A stretch of DNA of 64,000 nt from Mobula hypostoma (Eukaryota), in the NCBI RefSeq assembly GCF_963921235.1, contig NW_026948140.1, forward strand, positions 124,001 through 188,000, given 5' to 3'. Positions within the stretch are counted from its first letter, which is position 1; every line of letters starts with the position of its first letter. Shown here one piece after another: positions 39,001-48,693 of the stretch. Under the pieces are notes generated by a model. It was not told where the DNA came from. It ran no database searches and saw nothing but the letters and a program-made list of their open reading frames with translations. Position numbers and translations under genes: made by a program.

Positions 39001-41745
39001 TGCTGAGCCTCTGGCTAGGATCTTTATGTCCTCGTTGTCCACGAGAATGGTACCGGAGGATTGGAGGGAGGCGAATGTTGTTCCCTTGTTCAAAAAAGGT
39101 ATTGTAGGGATAGTCCGGGTAATTATAGACCAGTGAGCCTTACGTCTGTGGTGGGAAAAATGTTGGAAAAGATTCTTAGAAAGAGGATCTATAGGCATTT
39201 AGAGAATCATGGTCTGATCAGCGACAGTCAGCATGGCTTTGTGAAGGGCAGATCGTGTCTAACAAGCCTGATAGAGTTCTTTGAGGAGGTGACCAGGCGT
39301 ATAGATGAGGATAGTGCAGTGGATGTGATCTATATGGATTTTAATAAGGCACTTGATAAGGTTCCACACGGTAGTCTTATTCAGAAAGTCAGAAGGCATG
39401 GGATCCAGGGAAGTTTGGCCAGGTGGATTCAGAATTGGCTTGCCTGCAGAAGGCAGAGGGTGGTGGTGGAGGGAGTACATTCAGATTGGAGGATTGTGAC
39501 TAGTGGTGTCCCACAAGGATCTGTTCTGGGACCTCTACTTTTCGTGATTTTTATTAACGACCTGGATGTGGGGGTAGAAGGGTGGGTTGGCAGGTTTGCA
39601 GATGACACAAAGGTTGGTGGTGTTGTAGATAGTGTAGAGGATTGTCAAAGATTGCAGAGAGACATTGATAGGATGCATAAGTGGGCTGAGAAGTGGCAGA
39701 TGGAGTTCAACCCGGAGAAGTGTGAGGTGGTACACTTTGGAAGGACAAACTCCAAGGCAGAGTACAAAGTAAATGGCAGGATACTTGGTAGTGTGGAGGA
39801 GCAGAGGGATCTCGGGGTACATGTCCACAGATCCCTGAAAGTTGCCTCACAGGTGGATAGGGTAGTTAAGAAAGCTTATGGGGTGTTAGCTTTCATAAGT
39901 TGAGGGATAGAGCTTAAGAGTCGCGATGTAATGATGCAGCTCTATAAAACTCTGGTTAGGACACACTTGGAGTACTGTGTCCAGTTCTGGTCACCTCACT
40001 ATAGGAAGGATGTGGAAGCATTGGAAAGGCTACAGAGGAGATTTACCAGGATGCTGCCTGGTTTAGAAAGTATGCATTATGATCAGAGATTAAGGGAGCT
40101 GGGGCTTTACTCTTTGGAGAGAAGGAGGATGAGAGGAGACATGATAGAGGTGTACAAGGTAATAAGAGGAATAGATGGAGTGGATAGCCAGCGCCTCTGC
40201 CCCAGGGCACCACTGCTCAATACAAGAGGAAATGGCTTTAAGGTAAGGGGTGGGAAGTTCAAGGGGGATATTAGAGGAAGGTTTTTTACTCAAAGAGTGG
40301 TTAGTGCGTGGAATGCACTGCCTGAGTCAGTGGTGGAGGCAGCTACACTAGTGAAGTTTAAGAGACTACTAGACAGGTATATGGAGGGATCTAAGGTGGG
40401 GGCCTATATGGGAGGCAGGGTTTGAGGGTTGGCACAACATTGTGGGCCGAAGGGCCTGTACTGTGCTGTACTATTCTATGTTCTATGAATAGTCAGCATG
40501 GCTTTGTAAAAGGCAGATTGTGCCTTACGAGCCTGATTGAATTTTTTGAGGATGCGACTAAACATATTGATGAAAGTAGAGCAGTATCAGCAAGGCATTT
40601 GATAAGGTACCCCATGCAAGGCTTTTTGAGAAAGTAAGGAGGCATAGGATCCAAGGGGACCTTGCTTTGTGGATCCAGAACTGATTTACGCACAGAAGGC
40701 AAAGAGTGGTTGTTGACGGGTCATATTCTGGATGGAGGATGGTGACCAGTGGTGTGCCTCAGGGATCAGTTCTGGAACCCCTTCTCGTGGTGATTTTAAT
40801 AGAAAAGTCCTGGATGAGGAAGTGAAGGGATGGGTTAGTAAATTTGCTGATGGCACAAATGATGGGGGTGTTGTGGATAGTGTAGAAGCTGTCAGAGGTT
40901 ACAGCGGGACATTGATAGGATGCAAAACTGGGCTGAGAAGTGTCAGATGGAGTTCAACCCAGATAGGTGTGAGGTGGTTCATTTTGGTAGGCCAAATATG
41001 ATGGCAGAATATAGTATTAATGATAAGACTCTTGGCAGTGTGGAGGATCAGAGGGACCTAGGGGTCTGAGCCCATAGGACACTCAAAACTGCAGCACAGG
41101 TTGACTCTGTGCTTAAGAAGGCATACAGTGCATTGGCCTTCATCAACCACGGGATTGAGTTTAAGAGCTAAGTGGTAATGTTACAGCTGTATAGGACCCT
41201 GGTCAGACCCCACCTGGAGTACTGTGCTCAGTTCTGGTCACCTCGCTATAGGAAGGATGTGGAAACTATAGAAAAGGTGCAGAGGAGATTTACAAGAATG
41301 TTGCCTGAATTGGGGAGCATGCCTCATGAGAATAGGTTGAGTGAACTTGGCCTTTTCCCCTCTGTGCGGCGGAGGTGAGAGGTGACCTGATAGGTGTATA
41401 AGAGAGGCATTGATCGCGTGGATAGTTAGAGGCTTTTTCCCAGGGCTGAATTGGCTAACAAGAGAGGGCACAGTTTTAAGGTGCTTGGAGGTAGGTACAG
41501 AGGAGATGTCAGGGGTAAGTTTTTTTACGCAGAGAGTGGTGAGTGTATGGAATGGGCTGTCGGAAACGGTGGTGGAGGCAGATATGATAGGGTCTTTTAA
41601 GAAACGCTTGGATATGTACACGGAGTTTAGAAAAATAGAGGGTTATGGGTAACCCTAGGTAATTTCTAAAGTAAGGGCATGTTTGGCACAGCATTGTGGG
41701 CTGAATGGCCTTTATTGTGCTGTAGTTTTTCTATCTATGTTTCTA
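36050..41745 (+). mobile_element. Mosaic of older CR1 ORF2 fragments (host of the 38041-40486 insertion)
   Basis: Broken ORF2 motifs at 37450-38040 resume at 40487 (SQHGF) and run through LVRPHLEY to a tail at ~41745. Confidence 0.75.
38041..40486 (+). mobile_element. CR1 family B, 5'-truncated, nested
   Basis: ORFs 38119-40425 match the 21050-24856 element; TSD GAAT (38037-40 / 40487-90). Confidence 0.93.
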
Positions 41746-42620
41746 AAATTGCAAATGTCACTCCATTTTCAAGAAGAGAGAGAGCCAGAAGAAAGGGAAC
41801 TTTTGCCAGTCAGTCTGACCTCAGTGGTTGAGAAAATATTAGTCAATGATTAAAGATAAGGTCTCAGGGTACTTCAAGGTTCATGATAAAATACACCATG
41901 GTCAGCATATTTAGCAGACAAGGAGAGTCCTAACAGATTCTACAGATACGTTCAGAGCAAAAGGATTGCAAAGGACTGTAGAGGGGAGGGGCAGATCAGA
42001 ATTCTGGAAGATCAGAATTGTAATTCACATGTGGAGCCAAAATAGATGGGAGAAATCACATAAGTACATTTTTTTGCATCAGTATTTATTCAGGAGATGG
42101 ACACAGAGTCTATAGAAGTGAGGTAAACCAGCATCAACTTACCAGATATTTCCTGCATCCAGGCCTGATGAGCCAAAGCCTCCTACCCTAACACTGGTCC
42201 ACTCACACAACGGCCACTCCATTTATCCCTACCATTGTTGGCAAATGCAGTGACCAACATTGCGCATGCCTCCTTTACTACAGGTTCAACCTGTAAATTA
42301 TCCTTCTGGGAATCTTGCCCGAGGACTCCCAAGACCCTCTGCACCTTTTATGTTTGAACCTTCTCGCTATTTAGGTAATAGTCCACACTATTGTTCCTTT
42401 TACCAAAATGCATTATCATTCATTTCCTAACACTGTATTTCACCTGCCACTTTTTTGCCAATTCTTCCAATTTGTGTAAGTCCTGTTGGAATCACATTGC
42501 TTCCTCAGAACTACCTACCCGTCCATCTATCTTTGTATGATCCACAAACTTTGCCACAAGGCCATCAATTCCATTATCTAAATCACTGACAATGTAAAAA
42601 GTAGCAGTCCCAATGCTGAC

Positions 42621-44445
42621 AACATGCTGGAGGAACACAGCAGGTCGGGCAGCATCCGTGGAAAAGATTGGTCGACGTTTTGGGCTGGAACCCTTTGTCA
42701 GGACTGTAGAGGGAAGGGGCAGAGGCCCTATAAAGAAGGTGGGGGGAGGTTGGGAAGGAGAAGGCTGGTAGGTTCCAGGTGAAGAACAAGTAAGTGGAAA
42801 GATAAAGGGGTGGGGGAGGGGAAGCAGGAAGGTGATAGGCAGGAAAGGTGAAGGAAGAATAGGGAAAAACACAATGGGTAGTAGAAGGAGGCGGAACCAT
42901 GAGGGAGGTGATAGGCAGCTGGGGGAGGGGGCAGAGTGACATAGTGATAGGGGAAGGGGGGGAGGGAATTACCAGAAGTCGGAGAATTCTATGTTCACAC
43001 CAAGGGGCTGGAGACTACCTAGACAGTATATGAGGTGTTGCTCCTCCAACCTGAATTTAGCCTCATCATGGCAGTAGAGGAGGCCACGTACGGACATATA
43101 AGAATGGGAGTGGGAAGCAGAGTTGAAGTGGATGACTACTGGGAGATCCTGTCCATTGTGGCGGATGGAGTGGAGGTGCTCGACAAAGCGGTCCCCCAAT
43201 CTGCGCCGGGTTTCACCAATGTAGAAGAGGCCACACCGGGAGCACCGGATGCAGTAGATGACCCTAACAGACTCACAAGTGAAGTGTTACCTCACTTGGA
43301 AGGACTGTTTGGGGCCCTGAATGGTGGCAAGAGAGGAGGTGTAGGGACAGGTGTAGCACTTGCGCTTACAGGGTTAAGTGCCAAGTGGGAGATCCGTGGG
43401 GAGGGACGTGTGGACCAGGGAGTCGCGGAGGGACCGATCCCTGCGGAAAGTGGAGAGGGGTGGAGAGGGAAGATATGCTTAGTGGTGGGGTCCTGTTGAA
43501 GGTGGCGGAGGATAATGTGCTGGATCCGGAGGCTGGTGGGGTGGTAGGTGAGGACAAGGGGAACTCTGTCCCTGTTATGGTGGCAGGAGGATGGGGTGAG
43601 AGCCGAAGTGCGGGAAATGGAGGAGATGCGAGTGAGGGCATCATTGATGACAGCAGAAGGGAACCACGATCCTTAAAGAAAGAGGACATTTGAGATATCC
43701 TGGAACAGAAAACCTCATCCTCGGAGCAGATGCGGCGGAGATGGAGGAACTGGGAATAGGGAGTGGCATTTTTGCATGTAGTGGGGTGGGAAGAGGTATC
43801 GTTGAGGTAGTTATAACAGTCAGTGGGCTTGTAGAAGATGTCAGTGGACAGTCTGTACTAGAGATGGAGACCGAGAGATTGAGAAAGGGGAGAGAAGTGT
43901 CCGAGATAGACCAAGTGAATTTGAGGGCTGGTTGGAAGTTAGAAGTAAAGTCAATGAAATTGACGAGCTCAGCATGGGTGCACGAAGCAGCACCAATGTA
44001 GTTGTCAATGTACCGAAGGAAAAGTTGGGGAGCAGTACCAGAATAGGTTTGGAGCATAGACTGTTCCACATAACCAACGAAGAGGCAGGCATAGCTATGG
44101 CCCATGCGAGTTCCCATAGCTACACCCTTAGACTGAAGAAAGTGGGAAGAGCCAAAGGAGAATTTATTGAGTGTGAGAACCAGTTCCGCCAACCAGAGGA
44201 GGGTAGTGGTGGTGGGGAACTAGTGAGGTCTATTATCCAGAAATTAGCGGAGGGCTTTGAGGCCTTCTTGATGGGGAATGGAGCTGTATAGGGATTGGAC
44301 ATCCATAGTGAAAATGAAGCGGTTGGGACCGGGAAACTGGAAGTTATTGAAGAGGTGGAGGGCATGGGATGTATCTCGGATGTAGGTGGGGAGGGACTGA
44401 ACTATGGGTGACAAAATGGAGTCCAGGTAGGCAGATACAAGTTCA
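42621..44445 (-). mobile_element. Penelope-like element, RT plus GIY-YIG, 5'-truncated
   Basis: TMDVQSLY, FLQSKGVAMGT...YACLFVG, FLRYIDNY and the GIY-YIG C-terminus; 13-bp TSD TCCCAAT(G/A)CTGAC. Confidence 0.9.
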
Positions 44446-46437
44446 TCCCAATACTGACCGCTGAGGAACACCACTAGAGACAGCCTATCAGAAAAGGGCC
44501 CCTTTTTTAACATCACTCACTGCCTCCTGCCTGTTAGCCATTCCGCTATCCATGCCAATAACTTTCTTGTAACACCATCGAAATTTTTCCTGTTAAGGTG
44601 CCAGACGAGGCTGCTTATCAAACGCCCTCTGAAAATCCAAGTAAATGACATCTACTGCCTCTCCTTTGTCCACCTTGCATGTTACTTCCTCAAAGAACTC
44701 TAGCAGATTGTCAGGCAAGATTTCCCTTGACATAAACTATTCTGTATCTACCTCTACCGCAAATCCATGCACCAACCACTTAGCATAAAAATTTACCTCA
44801 GATTATCAACCCGCCCCGCCACATACTTTCATTCAAACTTGTTAGACTTATCTAGTTTGAGTCTGGAAATAAACACACTTTCAATCTCTTTTCATACAGT
44901 GTTCACCAATCACTGTGTAAAGAGTTTCCTCATCTCACCTTGCCCCCTCCCCCAATATATCATTCAGTTTTGCCAAGTTCTTGATACCCTCTGTCAAAAG
45001 GAACATTCTAAACAATGGATTCATCGGCTGTGTGGTGTACTGGGCAGTGTTGGATGTGGAGCAAGTATGGCCCATACCCTGTTCCACCACCATGGTAGTT
45101 ACCCAAGCTATCATACATTCCACCCAAGGATTCAAGATGGAGCTCATCCAGTAGGTTGAGATTTACAGAGTTTAAGGGGAAGTATACTCCACTTGCCCTT
45201 GTCCCATTATCACCTGTATTAAATGATCATCTCTATTGAGTGGGACTACAACCAGAGGTCATGGATTAAGAGTGAAAGGTGAAAAGTTTAAGGGAAACTT
45301 TAGGAGAAACTTCTTCACTCAGGGTCGCATGAGTGTGGAACGAGCTGCCAGCACAAGTGGTGCACGAGAGCTCAAGTTCAACATTTAAAATAAGTTTGGA
45401 TAGGTACGTGGATGGTAGGAGTATGGAAGACAATGATCCTGGCGCAGGATAGGAGTAGCAATTTAAATGGTTCAGCAGACCAGATGGGCTGAAGGGCCTG
45501 TTTCAGTGCTGTACTTTTCTATGACTCTGACTCTAAACTATGCGTGTGATTGACACTGGCAAGCACCAAGTGTTTCCAGGTACTGAGGTTCCACTTGTCC
45601 CCAGTGCAGCACAGGATGAACCTGGCCCATGACCATATAGTGTTCTGTTTAATTGGACACTGCTGGACAAACTGTCCTTTGCAGGAAGTATTCTTTTGAG
45701 CACACACCCATCAGGCGGCAGTCAATATGAAACTGCCTGACACCTTGTCATGATTTGGAGGCCTGTGTTCCTCAATGACTTGGAGAGCTATGCTGGGTGG
45801 AGTCACGGCTTCATGCTTTGAACCTTGGTGGGATCACCCCTGTCAAACAGGTCTAAGAGTAGTGGCCAGACCGAGAGTGATCCACCAGACCTCCAGGTTT
45901 GGGGACTCAGTTCAGGGTTAACAACCTGAACTAGTCAAATAACTGTTACAGAAATAGCGATGAAAAGCCCTTATATATCTGAGTGGCCAAGGACAGACAG
46001 TGATGGAGAATCTTCATTACTGCCCTAAATGCCAGCAGTGTAACAGACAGCAAATTTTGTGGAGCAGGACACCAGGGATCCTATGGAGTTTCCCCAAACA
46101 GATTATGGAGACCAGCTGGCAGAATGTCATCACTTGACTATACCGGATAGGTGGTTCTCCATCAGTTCCCCCTGTAGGCTTGCTGGCGGGTGAGATACCA
46201 GTTTTTCTGCACATTCACCACGCACACGACCACCCGTCCCTCACAGAGCGACAACATCCCACAGAGGATGATAATCCTCTCACAGAACGCCACCCCGAAC
46301 CCCAACAGACACAGGAACACTCATTCTGCCCCTCAGCCGCTTTCAGCTTCCATGGCTGTAAAAGGCGCGGCCCAGCAGTCACCCGCGCCGGAGGTTCGAG
46401 GGGCTTTTCCAGCTGCTCACCCCACTTCCGCACTCAC

Positions 46438-46539
46438 TTTGACCGAGAAGATGACGGCGATGAACCCGAGGCAGCAGAGGTTCATGTAGGAGAGGTTGAA
46501 GAGGGACCAGGGCAGATAATCGTGGGGCATAGCTAAAAC
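46438..46539 (-). CDS. IFITM: IFITM second exon-1-type cassette (exon 1b): (VLA)MPHDYLPWSLFNLSYMNLCCLGFIAVIFSVK
   Basis: Visible at the end of ORF 46417..46746(-). ATG at 46530; in-frame candidate acceptor CAG|GTTTTAGCTATG at 46539; ends AAA|GTGAGT (phase 0). No stops. Has the same conserved motif as exon 1a. Confidence 0.85.
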
Positions 46540-46799
46540 CTGCGCGTTTGGGCAGCGGCGGGATTCGTGCAGGGGGCGGGGCGTGTGGTGGCGGGAGCGG
46601 GAGAGGGCCCTGGCCGGGGACTGGGGATGGGAGGGCCTGGGCGTGATGAGGGGTGGGTGTTGGTTAGTAGCGTTTGGGCTGGGACCAGGCTGTGGCTGGT
46701 GGGTGGGAGGGGGTTGGGGATGAGAGGAGATGGGGAGGGGACACATTGGGTTCTGGGATGGGGAAGTGCAGTGGTTGAGGGAGAAGTGAGTCGAGTGAG

Positions 46800-47195
46800 T
46801 GGTTGAAGGAGAGAGAAAGGGGCGGAGGGAGGGGGGATACAGAGAGAGGGGGTCGGAGAGGGAGAGGGGTGGAGAGGGAGGGAGGAGGAGAGGGGCGTAG
46901 AAGGGGAGGGGGAGAGGGTCACAGAAGGGGGGAGGGGGAGAGGGGTCGCGGAGGGAGGGGGAGAGGGTCGCAGAAGGGGAGGGGGAGAGGGTCGCGGAGG
47001 GAGGGGGAGGGGGTCGCGGAGGGAGGGGGAGGGGGTCGCGGAGGGAGGGAGGAGGAGAGGGTCGCGGAGGGAGGGAGGGGGAGAGGGTCGCAGAGGGAGG
47101 GGGAGGGGAGAGAGTCGCAGATGGAGGGAGGGGAAGAGGGTCGCAGATGGATGGAGGGGGAGAGGGTTGCAGAGGGAGGGAGGGGGACAGGGTTG
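46800..47195. repeat. G/A-rich degenerate minisatellite (unit approx. GGAGGGAGGGGGAGAGGGTCGC[G/A])
   Basis: About ten recurrences of GGGTCGC(G/A)GA separated by GGAG/GGGG runs; very strong strand purine bias. Confidence 0.85.
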
Positions 47196-47444
47196 GATAA
47201 GTAGCCGGTGCATATCACAAATTCTGGTTATGCAACTACTGACGCCAGGCAGACAATCTCTGAAGAATATTGATATGGCTGGGGTCACCCGTCTTGGAAA
47301 GATACTACCTAGAAGAAGGCAATGGCAATCCATTTCTGTGAAAAATTTGTTAAGAACAATCATGGACATGGAAAAGACCTAGACTGCCTCCGGCATGGCA
47401 TATAAGAAACGAACGAATCTCTGGCCGTGTCATCCTACCCGCGG

Positions 47445-47740
47445 CTACGGAGCCCGGGGGTTTATACCCTTGCCTAGGGTATGCAGACCGGGAGAGAGCG
47501 AGTTATACATTTCCTAGGGTACGAAACCCCGGGGTTTATCCTTCCCTTGTGTACGGAGCTGGGCATTTATTCACTACTCAAGATACGGAGGTTATTTACC
47601 TCTTTACTGTAAGGAGCCCAGGGGTCATATATCCCCCAGGAGTTTATTTCCCTTTAGAACAGAGCCGGATGTTTATCCTCCCCTAGTACGAATCTGGAGT
47701 AATCCCGAGATATGAGCCCGGGGTTTAATTCCCGCGTATC
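47445..47740. repeat. Degenerate ~30-bp tandem repeat (core ACGGAGCCCGGGGTTTAT)
   Basis: Variants recur: acggagcccgggggtttat, acgaaaccccggggtttat, acggagctgggcatttat, aaggagcccaggggtcat, acagagccggatgtttat, atgagcccggggtttaat. Confidence 0.55.
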
Positions 47741-47995
47741 CCTATACCGGGTAAAGATCCCAGGAATTTCGGCATCCGGTGGATTTGGCAGCATTGCGAT
47801 CTTTTCATCGGCACTCCATTACCAGCGGTGAAGATAAACTCATTTTGCGAAGAGTCACCTCTTCCCACCCAACATTCTCCCTGCATCTCTGCGTCTCTTC
47901 TATCTCAGCCCGACTGCTGCCTCGCTTCTCCCCGGCTCGTGTCACCCATCCCCGTTTCTAGAGTTCTTTCCCTCCTATCACCGATCCCTACTCAC

Positions 47996-48154
47996 CTTAA
48001 TCGAATACACCATGGCAGTTAAGCCCAAGCAGCAGAAATTCATGTAGAACAGGTTGAAGATGGACCAGGGCAGGTGATCGCGGACGGGGAGCACGCCAGG
48101 CACCACCTGAACCGTACGAGGAGTCATTGGGGTCTGGTCAGTTCTGTACTCCAT
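47996..48154 (-). CDS. IFITM: IFITM/CD225 (dispanin) gene, exon 1a: [53 protein letters not shown] (53 aa)
   Basis: Hand translation of the minus strand. ATG is in a good Kozak context (agaATGG). D-H-x-x-W-S-x-F-N...N-x-C-C-L-G...Y-S-x-K matches the IFITM exon 1 pattern. Ends AAG|GTGAGT, the canonical phase-0 IFITM intron position. Paralogue number cannot be assigned. Confidence 0.93.
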
Positions 48155-48535
48155 TCTGGACTGGTGCGGGACAGCGGAGAGTTCAGGCGTTAGTTACTGG
48201 TCAGAGTTTGATGTGAAGGCGGGGTTTCTCAAAACCAAATATGGGGCAGCGGAGGTACGTGTGCTGGCTCTCGAAATTTAGGAGGGAGTGGCAAAACGTT
48301 AAAAGGGTGGTATGTGACGATTGAGCAAGGGTGAAATAATTTCTCCCCATTCCTTGAGAACTCAAGTGAAATTAAGTGATGGTAACGTACTGGTATTGGA
48401 GGGGTGGCGGGTGCGTCTGGAAAACACTAACATTTAAAAGCAAACGGAGAATATTTCACCACACTTTTTTAATAAACGTTTTTGTAATAATATACAGTAT
48501 ATAAAGCGAAAAGAAAAACAGCGCGAAACTCCAAG
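48155..48535 (-). promoter_or_regulatory. Putative 5'UTR/proximal promoter of IFITM exon 1a
   Basis: Apparently unique DNA between the ATG and the first repeat. GC-box-like GGCGGG near 48218; IRF-element-like AAGTGAAA (48364) and AAAGCGAAAAGAAAA (~48503). Motif calls were made by eye. Confidence 0.4.
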
Positions 48536-48693
48536 TTCTTGGCCATGTCAATGCATTCAGTCAGGTTAACTCTCCGTTTAAAATAGCACCATTAGCATTT
48601 ATTCTTCCTCTCCCCCCGAGAAAGAGCCTTGGCTGTTGTGTGTGAATTAATGGCACGGGTGCCATTTGATACAAGAAGAAAATGTCAACAAAT

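Noticed and set aside
45519..45707. ORF containing IWSWARFILCCTG, superficially like a third IFITM exon 1
   Set aside because: WS-to-CC spacing is wrong, FN/N residues are missing and there is no K|GT donor; probably chance.
46533..47369. 278-aa Pro/Ser-rich ORF and the opposite-strand Gly/Arg/Glu-rich ORFs
   Set aside because: Stop-free frames produced by the G-rich minisatellite; low complexity with no domain signature.
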